Shown: in pieces, positions 10,637 to 22,560 of the stretch | Position numbering within the stretch: the stretch's first letter is position 1 | Layout of the letters: each line of letters begins with the position of its first letter | Assembly: GCA_001179505.1 (NCBI GenBank) | Contig: CDMY01000381.1 | Span: forward strand, 28,179-92,178 | Direction of reading: 5' to 3' | Length of the DNA stretch: 64,000 nucleotides | DNA from: Vitrella brassicaformis CCMP3155 | Taxonomy: Eukaryota; Protista; Chromerida | Translations under genes and position numbers: made by a program | The notes under the pieces: model-generated | Databases searched by the model: none | What the model saw: only the letters and a program-made list of their open reading frames with translations | Told to the model about the DNA's origin: nothing

Positions 10637-12707
10637 CTATTCCTTCTCTCTCTCAACGACCCACGCCGCCAGGTGACCTAGCAGTTTCACCTGTGCGGGG
10701 GTCATATCGATAATACGTGGGACAGGGAAGGATCGCCAATTCTCGAAGAACGTCTCAATGCAAGGGAAGTTTCTACCATAGGGTCCCGGCCAAACGATGG
10801 CCCTCAGCTTTCGCCACCAGCTCAGATCCCCAACCCAACCCTTAATGTCCATATCATTCAGACTGTTAACCCACTCGTCGGGCAAGCAAGTATGAACGAA
10901 TGTCACATCGGTCGTCCAGCCGCCCTCGATGCCGTAATGGGCATTCTCCTCTACTGTAAAGTTCATCCTCACCACAAGCGCCTCATTTTTCTCATGCTTT
11001 TCGATCAGCTTGATCTTGAATTTTTCGAACGTCTCGTCGCCCCCGTTGAAGACAACATTCTTCTCGTAGTTCCACCCCTTCTCAGCAAGGTCGAAAAGAG
11101 ATGGGATTTCTGTCTTCTACATTCCCAGGAACGGGTTACACTTGTCAATAGGAGTCCCAGAGTTGCAGAACACGACAATGCGCTTGACCTTGGGCCGTAG
11201 CTTGGGCCGTAGGAGCGCCATGATCCCCAAATTATCAGTGAGGCCACAATCATCAAAGTCGTGCTCATATACGTCAAAATCTTGAGGGCTCCGAGGGCTC
11301 CAGTACTTAAACTCGGGAAAACAAGCTAACTTGTCGGCAACGAAGTGGAAGTTTCCGATCCATGTCCAAACGATCTCAGCTGGCGCGGCTCTGCTGGTGC
11401 AGAAAAGGTGAACTTGAGGATCCGATCACACTCACGAAGACTCACTGTGACAAGGCTTTTGTCAGCATCATAGTGATGAGGCTTCTCGGAGTCAAAGAGG
11501 TGAGGAGCAATATATCCGCCTCCAATCGGACGGCCCTCAGGGCCAGCATTGGGATGGAAGGCGCCCGAGCCGACATATAGTGGTGTCATCTCGAAGTGGT
11601 AGCGGGCTGGCTTCGGGTAGAAGAAGTTGAGCAACTTTGCCTTTCCTTTGCGTCGAGTGAGGATAGTCCCGTCGATCAGAAGGTACGGGCGATAGTCATA
11701 ACCCTTGATGCCCTTGACGGTGTAAAAATCTCTCTCCTGCAGCTTCGCATTAGTATTATACTGAAGAATCTCCCTAACGGTAGCCTGGTCCAGCGAGAAA
11801 AACTTCTCTGGGTCAAAAAGTCCGAAGGGCTTCAGGAAGATACGCCCGACCGCCCTAGAATAACGCTCGTCGCTCTCCTGGGGGGGTTTCTTGAACCAGC
11901 GTTCGATGAAGCCTGAATTCGAAATCGCCTCCGCCAAACTCCCCTTGTCTGGCTCTCGCTTCAGCTCACAGGCTTCGATGTCCATCGGCTCCTCCCATTT
12001 TCCAAAGAAGCNNNNNNNNNNNNNNNNNNNNNNNNNNNNNNNNNNNNNNNNNNNNNNNNNNNNNNNNNNNNNNNNNNNNNNNNNNNNNNNNNNNNNNNNN
12101 NNNNNNNNNNNNNNNNNNNNNNNNNNNNNNNNNNNNNNNNNNNNNNNNNNNNNNNNNNNNNNNNNNNNNNNNNNNNNNNNNNNNNNNNNNNNNNNNNNNN
12201 NNNNNNNNNNNNNNNNNNNNNNNNNNNNNNNNNNNNNNNNNNNNNNNNNNNNNNNNNNNNNNNNNNNNNNNNNNNNNNNNNNNNNNNNNNNNNNNNNNNN
12301 NNNNNNNNNNNATTTCGCCTGTTGCAGAATGCCGAATCGCTTCAATGCGCGGAGCTCGCCCATTGTCATCGCGGCTGATCGCGTTCCACCGCCAGAAAAG
12401 CAGATGCCGAAGCTATCCTTTTTCTTATAAGCCTCGACTTCATCCTCGGGGAATCTAAACGGTGAAGTAGTGGGCCGGATTCGGCCTGTGACCTCCTCGT
12501 GGGTTGTGGAGAGGTGACGCCGTCGGAGGAGAAGGTGGGTATCTCAATCATATCTTTCTCCGGTGTTGAGCTCCCCAGCTTTTCGCCGGCCCTCCGTGCC
12601 ACCGGACGACGCGATGGAATCCGAAGGAAACTGGCTGGAGAGTTTCCCGAAGTGGCCAGCACCGAGCCGGTGAGGAGAAAGAACAGATACGACCGCAGTC
12701 TTCCCAT
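10637..12707 (-). pseudogene. Intronless cPLA2/patatin-like (lysophospholipase-fold) phospholipase pseudogene with signal peptide
   Basis: Across frames: MGRLRSYLFFLLTGSVLA, then FGICFSGGGTRSAAMTMGELRALKRFGILQQAKYISCASG (Gly loop and nucleophile Ser; the SCASG part is read in the duplicate at 13281-13300), VIGSSSSPF, FPEFKYWSP, DCGLTDNLGIMALLR..VKRIVVFCNS (catalytic Asp), MNFTVEENAHYGIEGG. Several frameshifts and stops; a gap lies inside. Confidence 0.8.
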
Positions 12708-13968
12708 ATCGGCGAGCTCAGTTCCACCAAGAAGCTTGCCGGAGAGACGAAGACAAGCCCAGTCGCGTCGGCAACTCTGCTGAATGCGGGCAAGCCGGCG
12801 CAAGTGCTTCAAATGCTCGTCCTTCAGCTCCTGCCTCTGGCGGACCCCCCCTGTTCAAGTTGTCGATCAAGTGATCGTCCGTGAAAATGGCTCTGGAATA
12901 AACTATATTGCAGCAGTGGATGTCAAAACCAGCCAGCAAGGCGAACTAGGGAGTGAGCGGTTTCACCGAATGTCCTAGGCNNNNNNNNNNNNNNNNNNNN
13001 NNNNNNNNNNNNNNNNNNNNNNNNNNNNNNNNNNNNNNNNNNNNNNNNNNNNNNNNNNNNNNNNNNNNNNNNNNNNNNNNNNNNNNNNNNNNNNNNNNNN
13101 NNNNNNNNNNNNNNNNNNNNNNNNNNNNNNNNNNNNNNNNNNNNNNNNNNNNNNNNNNNNNNNNNNNNNNNNNNNNNNNNNNNNNNNNNNNNNNNNNNNN
13201 NNNNNNNNNNNNNNNNNNNNNNNNNNNNNNNNNNNNNNNNNNNNNNNNNNNNNNNNNNNNNNNNNNNNNNNNNNNNNNNNCCGGAAGCACAGGAGATGTA
13301 TTTCGCCTGTTGCAGAATGCCGAATCGCTTCAATGCGCGGAGCTCGCCCATTGTCATCGCGGCTGATCGCGTTCCACCGCCAGAAAAGCAGATGCCGAAG
13401 CTATCCTTTTTCTTATAAGCCTCGACTTCATCCTCGGGGAATCTAAACGGTGAAGTAGTGGGCCGGATTCGGCCTGTGACCTCCTCGTGGGTTGTGGAGA
13501 GGTGACGCCGTCGGAGGAGAAGGTGGGTATCTCAATCATATCTTTCTCCGGTGTTGAGCTCCCCAGCTTTTCGCCGGCCCTCCGTGCCACCGGACGACGC
13601 GATGGAATCCGAAGGAAACTGGCTGGAGAGTTTCCCGAAGTGGCCAGCACCGAGCCGGTGAGGAGAAAGAACAGATACGACCGCAGTCTTCCCATATCGG
13701 CGAGCTCAGTTCCACCAAGAAGCTTGCCGGAGAGACGAAGACAAGCCCAGTCGCGTCGGCAACTCTGCTGAATGCGGGCAAGCCGGCGCAAGTGCTTCAA
13801 ATGCTCGTCCTTCAGCTCCTGCCTCTGGCGGACCCCCCCTGTTCAAGTTGTCGATCAAGTGATCGTCCGTGAAAATGGCTCTGGAATAAACTATATTGCA
13901 GCAGTGGATGTCAAAACCAGCCAGCAAGGCGAACTAGGGAGTGAGCGGTTTCACCAAATGTCCTAAGC
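12312..13968. repeat. Near-identical duplicate of the phospholipase 5' part (12312-12980 vs 13300-13968) across a gap
   Basis: Offset 988; differences were noticed only at the right end (gaatgtcctagg vs aaatgtcctaag). Likely a haplotype or assembly duplicate. Confidence 0.9.
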
Positions 13969-14348
13969 GGCCTGATGGCGAAGTCCCATGTCTTTCACGC
14001 ACAATCAAACGAACGACACGCAACAGGAATCACCCACGCACGCTCCACATGCACAGAGGAACCCAAGGAACACACTCACGAGGTCTCCAAACCGAAACCC
14101 ACGGCCGTCCGCTGATACGAGTCACCTAGGGATCGGTTTCGCGAGAGTACCCTAGGCGGCTAGGGAGGAATGCGAGCTAGAGAGTGGATCACTGTTGGCC
14201 ACGGGTCCATAAATGCATGAGTATATGGATGATTGGCAGTGCAGGGCGATCTGTCCAGCCATCACCGAAGCAGATCTGTGTCCACGTAGCCTGACGATGC
14301 ATCCTATGGATAGACACCGGTATACCACTAGTGTGTGACTTGTCCGTA

Positions 14349-14796
14349 TCACTGAAGTGAAAGCACTCTTGACTCTGGGACTTACCGCCCAGTTGATCCT
14401 CAGCTATTCAACTGATTCGGCAAGGCCCTCACCGGCCTTTCCGCACAATGGAAACGCTACCAGAGTACAATATCAATGGCAACATGCGAGAGCATTCTGA
14501 CGGTTGAATTCGGCGTATCGCGGACGATGCGTTTTTGAACTCTGGACCCTTCCCGAGAAGTTTTTATATGGAAACTTGTATGCAAAAAGAAGACGAATAT
14601 TGGTCCAGAATTCCAATTCGCCTTGGCGTGCGCGCGATTGTTGGCGACTTTGAGAATTTTCGCCTTTTTTCAATTTGGGCTTCACATTAGTAGGGGCATT
14701 GTGCGAAAAGGCCGGTGAGGACCTCTTCTATAATCAGTTGAATAGAGGATCTGCTGAGCGGTAAGTCTCAGAGTCAGAGTGCTTTCACTTCAGTGA
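14349..14796. mobile_element. MITE-like element with ~100-bp imperfect terminal inverted repeats
   Basis: 14349-14450 (tcactgaagtgaaagcactc...ccgcacaatg) is the reverse complement of 14697-14796 (cattgtgcg...gagtgctttcacttcagtga). The ~245-bp AT-richer spacer has no recognisable ORF, and no clear TSD is present. Confidence 0.75.
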
Positions 14797-14889
14797 GATG
14801 GGTCAGTCACACAAGTGGTTCTGTCCATATGAGGCATCATCAGGGGTGGTCAACAACTGCGTTCGGTGATGGCTGAAAGATCACTCTGC

Positions 14890-15186
14890 ACTGACATCAT
14901 GTATATACATGCGTGTATGCATCTGCTAGTCAGAACCCCAGCTCGCACAAGCATCTGCATTTGAATAGTGTATGCATCGAATGTCTCTCTGTTGGTTCGC
15001 CGGCGTGCGCACACCTGTGGTTGGATGGTATATATGATAAATGTTTCTGTTTGTACGCATGCCTGTGCACGCCTGTAATTGGATGGTGTATGCATCGAAT
15101 GCCTCTGGTTGTGCGCACGCCTGCGTACATCTGTATTTGGATGGTGTCTGCATCGAATGTCGCTCTGTTGGTGCACACGCCCTTAA
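14890..15186 (-). repeat. Diverged ~60-bp satellite array
   Basis: Reverse-complement units cagagagacattcgatgcatacac...caggtgtgcgcacg. Confidence 0.8.
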
Positions 15187-15489
15187 GCGTAAACAAATGG
15201 GTGACGAATGCATGAACAGATGCATTTTTCACTGAATGATTGAGCGCCATCCTTGCTTCGAAATCCTCTTCAAATCGCATTGACGCTGACATAGTAATTC
15301 GGGGTCAAATTTGTGGCTTCTTTTTAATAGTGATATAACTCAATTCCACAATCCCATTGCACCATTTGCCTTGGCTAATTCGGCCGCAGACGAGGTACAA
15401 AAAAGGTGTTGTCTGTAACAAAATTCGTAATGCTCTTTCTCCTTCACACTCATTAGATCTAATTCGATGTCTCATCTATTGTGTAACCG

Positions 15490-15965
15490 AAGGCCAGGGA
15501 ACCCTTCTGGATGTCACCATCACCCACCCCTGCCAACCCGACGCCTCCCCCGTCTGCTCTTACAGAGACGTAAGCCGGCGCAGTGCTCAGCTTTCGGGTT
15601 GGAAGGTCCTTGCCGAGAAAGCCAAGACGACAAGTACGGCCCCACTACTACTGTCCAAGCCAGAGGCTTCCGTTCTGTCCCCTTTGCCGCAGAGACATTC
15701 AGCAACTGGGCGCCCGCGATGCTTGCCTTCCTCAAGACGCTCGCTAAGAGGAGACCCGCCCTTCGGTCATCCCAGCATCCGAAGATGAATCTTCCCGAGA
15801 GAGCGTCATTAATCATTGGAGGAAGCTTCTGTCCATGGAGCTGAGAAAGTAGACTGCACTCCAAGTGGCCAACTGCTTTCAGAGAGCCGTAGCCGCGAGG
15901 GGACCTGCTAGGGCCAGTGCCTTTGCGGAGGACTTCATCAGCCGAGGCCCTTACACGCCTCACAC
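15490..15965 (+). mobile_element. Diverged CRE 3' fragment (RLE endonuclease end)
   Basis: LLDVTITHPC...AEKAK / DKYGP...GFRSVPFAAETFSNW...FLKTLAKRRP ... ARGPARASAFAEDFISRGPY, with frameshifts. Confidence 0.85.
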
Positions 15966-16429
15966 GATGCCCCTCTTCCGGGCGTGAATATGTCAGGCAC
16001 TGTATGCCGTTGTGCATGCAGTTGCATGGACCGTGCTTTTGTGTGTGCCGGCTTTGCATGGTTGCTTCCCTGTTACGCGCTGCCTGTGATTATGCATCTG
16101 CTGGGGCNNNNNNNNNNNNNNNNNNNNNNNNNNNNNNNNNNNNNNNNNNNNNNNNNNNNNNNNNNNNNNNNNNNNNNNNNNNNNNNNNNNNNNNNNNNNN
16201 NNNNNNNNNNNNNNNNNNNNNNNNNNNNNNNNNNNNNNNNNNNNNNNNNNNNNNNNNNNNNNNNNNNNNNNNNNNNNNNNNNNNNNNNNNNNNNNNNNNN
16301 NNNNNNNNNNNNNNNNNNNNNNNNNNNNNNNNNNNNNNNNNNNNNNNNNNNNNNNNNNNNNNNNNNNNNNNNNNNNNNNNNNNNNNNNNNNNNNNNNNNN
16401 NNNNNNNCCCCTCGTTTACCGAAAGATCT

Positions 16430-17280
16430 CATGGAGGTCGAGTGTCCGTCAGTTATTGCATGAAATGGTCTGGTAGTATGCAGGAGTTCTTAGCGTCTCG
16501 CTATGAATTGCTCAGCGTTGCATCACTTTTGCGTGAAATGCAGTATGTGGAAGCGAGGGAGCCATCAAGTTGACTTGACTTGATGGCGACACTATTGGAT
16601 GTCTGATGCACTGCAAGAAGATGAAGGCCTCCCGTTGAAATATCATACTTACACGATGAGTCGAGTAACAAGTTCACCGACATGAACCATATCCATTTTC
16701 GTTTACTCACTATGCCCTCCGAGAGTAGTGTTCTGTAAAAACCACTACTATCACTCAAAGTTCGGACCGATTTGCATGCTCCAGAGTTTATTCAGCTTGC
16801 ACGTATCCGTCAGAAGCTCAGTATCTGGCGCTATCGTGCCCGCGTAGTCTTTTGGCACCATAAACGTGACCTCCGAATGAAAAGGATCGTCCTTACAGAA
16901 AGCTTCCCGAAGGGCGTCAAAACGTTTATCATCCGGTATCCACATATCGTCATTTCGGTGGCCACCCGGTCATTCGGTAGTGTCAATGACCACATTGGCG
17001 ACTGCTCCTGGAGGAGCGACGTTGATTAGACATAATGGTTCGATCTCTGGGCTCGTATATAGAAACGCACCATGTTGAGCTCTTGGATCCGTCCCCTCCT
17101 CGATCACCTCAAACGCATAAAACGTGTACGACGTCGTCGGCTGACCCCATCGCTCCTTGTGGTCCCGTCTCAGATACTCAAGACATTTCTCATGAATAAC
17201 CCAGCTGCTCAAGTTGCCAGGCAGAAGAACGCCCTTAATGCCTCGGAATGAGTCAAATGCGCGTAGTGGTAAAAGAGCTG
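16430..17280 (-). pseudogene. Intronless degraded ORF of unknown family
   Basis: One frame reads LLPLRAFDSFRGIKGVLLPGNLSSWVIHEKCLEYLRRDHKERW...VIDTTE*PGGHRNDDMWIPDDKRFDALREAF...QIGPNFE* (~175 codons with one in-frame stop). It is cut at 17280 by a CRE fragment. Confidence 0.5.
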
Positions 17281-17299
17281 TTAGGCCTCGGCCAGCCTT

Positions 17300-17859
17300 G
17301 GGGATGTTCGAGTCAATGACCTGAAGGTGTTGCTCCCTGAGGTCCTTGACAGCCCGTTCGTAATATGCTGGGTATTCTTTGAGGAGCTTGGATGCCCCGA
17401 CGTCGTCAGGTAGCTCAGTTGCAGTCTTCCATGCAGCGACGTACTGGTGATCGTCTTGCCCACGCCGACCGCCCAGGCGATCCCATGAACCTCACCAACC
17501 AGCGGCCCGGCTCGGCCCTTCGCGCGGCGGAGAAGCGCAAGAGGGACCTGTATGCCGTCGCCTGTGCGCGGGGAGGGCACACGTTTTTGCCTTTGGCCTT
17601 CGAGTCGTATGGACGCTGGTCTTCGACTATGGAGACCTTTTTGCACAAGCTAGGCAAGGCAGTGAAGGAAGCTCACTATAGGGACGACAGGGATTTCTCG
17701 ACGGGCCGTGTCGTGGCCCGATGGTGGGCCCTCTTGTCGTGTGCAGTCAGGCGTGAGTGTGCTCTGACTGTGCGCGGCAAGAGTGAGGCCGCCGCGCCAT
17801 TCATCCGCCCCTTCCCCAGAGACGAGGTCTGGGGGAGGGGCCCCTACTCACCCCACTAG
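17300..17859 (+). mobile_element. RLE 3' fragment of a second CRE lineage
   Basis: AAEKRKRDLYAVAC...TFLPLAFESYGRWSSTMETFLHKL...RWWALLSCAVRRECA, followed by a TG-rich 3' tract. It is clearly divergent from the main family. Confidence 0.85.
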
Positions 17860-18987
17860 GTCTTTTGCTCGCCACACTGTGACTTCCAGGTACCTGTGTG
17901 TGGGTGTGTGCGCGTGTGGGTGTGGGTGCGGGTGTGCATGTGAGCTATTGGTATTCCTGTGAGGGCGTGTGGCGTGGGGTGGGTGTGCCGGCATGGCGTT
18001 CGGTCGCGTCTGGTCTGTGTGTGTGTCTTGCCGCCCTTGTGGTTTTCCCTGCGGTGATGTGTGCATGGGCGTGCTCTGTGGGAGTCTACGAGTCGGCCGC
18101 CTGCCGCCCCTCTCCGCCGTGGAGACTGGGACGGCGATGCGCTCGACTCTCATGCACCCTCATCTCCCCGTGCGTGGTTGTGTTAAGGGCGTATTTGTGT
18201 GTGACTGGTCGATCTGCACTGGCTGGCCACCTGGGGACGGGCGGTACGTACGTATGGAGCCATGGTGCAGCAGCACGCACGCACGCCGCCTTCAGTCCGC
18301 TGGGGTGGCGTGTATGCGTCGTTATGTGCCTGCTCGTATGTGGCCGTCGTTCGCAGCGCATTGCATATCTACCAGTTTGCTCCCTCTGCCCTCTGCGTGC
18401 TGCGTGTTGCGTGTCTCTGTTGCATGTTGGGGTGCGTATCTGCACGTCGCAGCGTGCTGGGGGGTAAGGTCCGGATGGGGGATGACGGGTCGATGGTATA
18501 GAAAGTTGCGGGCAAGCATAAGCGTTCAGAATCACCACACAATGGCCGGGCCATTCATCCTCGCCGTCGTGAAACCCTTAGGTGATCGACCTGGGAAAAA
18601 CAGAAATCGACAAGGAAGCACCGTAGCCACATTCTGAGAGTACCATCATGCGCAACTCGTCGCGCTGCATCACATGGTGCTCTCAGATTCTCTCCACGAC
18701 CTCACCTTCAAGAGATTTCCTCAAGTGACCATCTAAGGGAAGTCACAGCACGCCACAGACAGCTCCGCCCACCTCGCCGCCGGGCACACACGACAGCCTT
18801 TGGCCGCCGCTTTCACTCTCTCGCCCGATTGACTCACCCTCAGCACCTGCATCAACCGCTGCGGAGGCAACAAGATCTCCCGCAACACTTATCGCCCCCT
18901 CTGAGTCCACCTTCAGCAGATCTCTGCTCGCCTGATGACCACCGTGACGCCAACTCGATGCTGCACAAGGTGAACCACACAAGGAAG

Positions 18988-21900
18988 TCAATCACGACAG
19001 TCAATCGCTCTCAATTTCCCTCTTTTTTCTGTCGCAGGTCTTCCACGTCAAGTTTCTCGTCGTTATCCTTGGTTGAGGGCGCCGCTGCTTCACCCAACTG
19101 AAGCACTCACTGCACACCATCATTCCAGGTACACACACAAGGAGGGGGAGGCATCCAACACAGACAGACACACATATACATATCCTCTTGTGGATGGATG
19201 GATGGATTGATCGACGGATGGATGGATGTGTACAGGTCGTTGGGCGTCTGCGCACTCGCCAGCTGCCGATGGACTGTCCTGCCGCAGGGACTCGCACTGC
19301 CAAGGGCAACCCGCCGCCCATGTCGTGGCGAAACGGGCCAGCTCGACTTCAGGATAGCAATCCAGCCGCTCCAGCGTCAAGGGAGGCCCTCAATCTCATT
19401 CCCGCCGGCGGCCCTCACCTTCCGAGGCTCTCCCTCGGCAGGCCGTCATTCACCACCGATGGCAGTGGTCTCCTTGCCCACGGATGGGGCGGCGTGCTGG
19501 ATGACGACATGCTGGAGAACGACATCTTCCGCCTGAACCAGCGCGTTTTCTCTGCCCTCGCCTCACTTGACGACTCCATCTACCGCACCCTCGGCGAGAT
19601 CAAGCTCAAGCCATCGAGCCTCTGCCTTATCGTCAAATCGAAGACCTGCGATGGTCTGAGGGCGGAGGGACGCGTCAAGAGGGTGACGGGGATCTGTGAC
19701 CGGCAGACGGCTGTCCAGATGGTCGAGATGGAGGTAAGATATATGTCCAATCACCTTCCCTCCGTGTGTCTAATGTCTTTCCCTTTGTGTGTGTGCGTGT
19801 GTTTGCAGAACCAGATGGTCATTGACGACCAGTGGCTCAAGATCGCCCCCCTCCGCGCCACTGCTGTCCTCGAGGCAGTCTTCTCCTACAAGACGACCAC
19901 CTACGTCAATCACGCTGATGGAGACAAGGAAGAAGAGGATGATGAGGACGTCGCTGCTGACGGAGATGACGAACCGGTCGAGGAAGATGAGGATGACGAT
20001 GCGCAGGGCGAGCATGAGCTGGCTCGCTTCATGCAGGAAGGTTTCGCTGTGCATGGGGGGCGGGCTCTGTGCTGAAGCAATCAATCATCCCATAGCTGTC
20101 GCCGTACCGATGATATGATTGAAACGATCGCATCGTGGATGATTGACTGTATTCCGTGAATGAGATTTGCATCAAGTAGGAAAGACGAAATGTTCACTCA
20201 TTCACTCAATCACGGGCGATAAATGAGTCACTCAATGATGCGATGAGTGAGCCAAACTAACTCGCCACGCAATGATGAGAGGCATTGCCAGAGAAACAAG
20301 CAATGAGTCAACTGATGATGAGACGAGGAGGCACATATCCATCATCAGTCTTGATCCACTTGCTCCATCTCTTGGCTTTGTTGACCCATCCTTCCATCTC
20401 TCTCGCAGACGCCATGTCACGCCACGGCACGATCGGCACATCAGGAATGTCGTCGTTCTCGTACTCGTCGTGAGGCAGCATATGTGTGGTGGTCGTCTGG
20501 CGGCATGTCAGGATGTGTCGATGCAGCGGGCTGACGGAGGCCAGCACGTGCGTCTCCAAGCTGATGGTCGAACAGCTGGTGGCTGAGCTCGCCCGTGAAG
20601 TCTCCATGACGGCCGCCGCCTCTCGTCGTGTGCATCTCCTCAATCAGATGAGTGAAGTGGTTGAGCGCCTCATGCGAGTTCATGAGCGCCCTCAGCAAGC
20701 CGTACGGCGGAATGCGAGGGTCATTCTTGCAGAGGGTGAAAAAGAAGGGCGCATGGCACTCCAGCTGGTGAAGTGAGAGAGTGTACCGCCTCTGCCACTT
20801 AGCCAGATAGGGACAAGGCCGTATGGCGAGTGGAGGCTGAAGGCCGGATGGGTGCGCCCCGAGTAGGTGATGGCCTACCGACATGCAGACAAACACAGGC
20901 ATGGCTCCCCGTGCGCCTCTGCATAGGTCTATCACTCACATGATGGTTGCGACGCATCCTCATGAGCTCGTGTCCATCGGCAGAGATCACAAAAACACCC
21001 ACGACATCTGTGTAAGAGCATCATCTGTGTAAGAGCACCAGCCACCCACATGTGATACCAATGATGTGTATCATTCATATGAGTCTGCCTACCAGGCGTC
21101 GTCCAGTGTGGAAGGGCATATACGTGTGTGAGCACCTCGCTCTTGTGGTTGATGAGATACTCAACCCAGTCAGCCGCGTCGAGATGCAGGTCGCCGAAGT
21201 GCTGGGTGGACTCGCGCTTTCTCCGCCACAGCTTCAGGTGCGGCCGTGGGTGCTCGGCTGGCTCGAATGTGTCGTCCTCTGGGTCGATCGGGCACGTCAC
21301 CAGTGGCGGCATATACTCGCGCTTGGCTGCAGCGATGCTCTCCTTGCCAGGTATGATGTTTGGCTTCCGTCAGTCACGGAACCATCTGCCGGTGTTGGGG
21401 TTGAGTGTGTTGCAGACGACGTTGCGCTGGAAACTCATCTTGGACCAGCTGGCGTGCATTCGACGCTGAATTGCCCGCCAGACAGACGAGGACGCTCTTG
21501 AGGATTCTGGTCCTCAGCGACATCAGATACAAGGCCAGCAGCGCGCCACCGACTCTTTGTTGTCCGCCGCTGTCATGCTGGCCCGCTGGTGTCGTTCCTC
21601 ATCCTGGTCGAAGTCGTCATGATCATCGGGGTCTGGTGCAGGTGCGGGTGCTGCTGGTGCTGCTGCTGTGTCCTCTGGCTCATCATCGTGCTGCTTGCGT
21701 CGCTTCGGTTGATTTCGGAGAGCCATGCGTCCACGAGGCGGCAGCTGGCGAGTGCGCAGACGCCCAACGACCTGTACACATCCATCCATCCGTCGATCAA
21801 TCCATCCATCCATCCACAAGAGGATATGTATATGTGTGTCTGTCTGTGTTGGATGCCTCCCCCTCCTTGTGTGTGTACCTGGAATGATGGTGTGCAGTGA

Positions 21901-22019
21901 GTGCTTCAGTTGGGTGAAGCAGCGGCGCCCTCAACCAAGGATAACGACGAGAAACTTGACGTGGAAGACCTGCGACAGAAAAAAGAGGGAAATTGAGAGC
22001 GATTGACTGTCGTGATTGA
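18988..22019. repeat. 281-bp perfect inverted duplication (18988-19268 / 21739-22019)
   Basis: The arms read as exact reverse complements, including an exon, an intron with (GGAT)n and the next acceptor. They diverge inward at cagctgccg; the right arm ends at a gap. Confidence 0.9.
19033..20075 (+). pseudogene. Spliced gene remnant of unknown function with acidic C-terminus
   Basis: Exons bounded by gcag/gtacac, tacag/gtaaga and ttgcag encode ...ENDIFRLNQRVFSALASLDDSIYRTLGEIKL...MVEME|NQMVIDDQWLKIAPLRATAVLEAVFSY...EEEDDED. The first exon has stops in two frames. Confidence 0.55.
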
Positions 22020-22560
22020 NNNNNNNNNNNNNNNNNNNNNNNNNNNNNNNNNNNNNNNNNNNNNNNNNNNNNNNNNNNNNNNNNNNNNNNNNNNNNNNNN
22101 NNNNNNNNNNNNNNNNNNNNNNNNNNNNNNNNNNNNNNNNNNNNNNNNNNNNNNNNNNNNNNNNNNNNNNNNNNNNNNNNNNNNNNNNNNNNNNNNNNNN
22201 NNNNNNNNNNNNNNNNNNNNNNNNNNNNNNNNNNNNNNNNNNNNNNNNNNNNNNNNNNNNNNNNNNNNNNNNNNNNNNNNNNNNNNNNNNNNNNNNNNNN
22301 NNNNNNNNNNNNNNNNNNNAATCTCTTTCGCTTGAGGCTGCTGATAACTGTCCCCTTGGCACCGCCAAGAGTGTGGTCGTTGGGGTTCGTCGCTTGGGTA
22401 GTCTTCTTGATGACGCCCTCTCGCGGCGCACAAGGCTCTTTGACAGCTCGAAAGGTATGCTCATCTCTCTTCTTCTCTTTCTTCTTCTCATGCATCATCT
22501 GACTCCATTCTTGCGATCGGAGTCGCTCCGTTTCCTCTTCTTCGCCCGCCGACTCATTAG
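20308..22560 (-). pseudogene. Disrupted spliced gene of unknown family
   Basis: Protein-like stretches (VVCNTLNPNTGRWFRD*RKPNIIPGKESIAAAKREYMPPLVTCP...DAADWVEYLINHKSEVL; FTLCKNDPRIPPYGLLRALMNSHEALNHF) interrupted by stops and frameshifts. Confidence 0.5.

Noticed and set aside
15180-15190. TTAA at satellite borders as piggyBac termini
   Set aside because: The junctions read TTAAGG rather than TTAACC, and no paired TIRs were found.
17035-17315. GTTCGA motifs as tRNA T-loops
   Set aside because: No cloverleaf or acceptor stem; they lie within decayed coding sequence.
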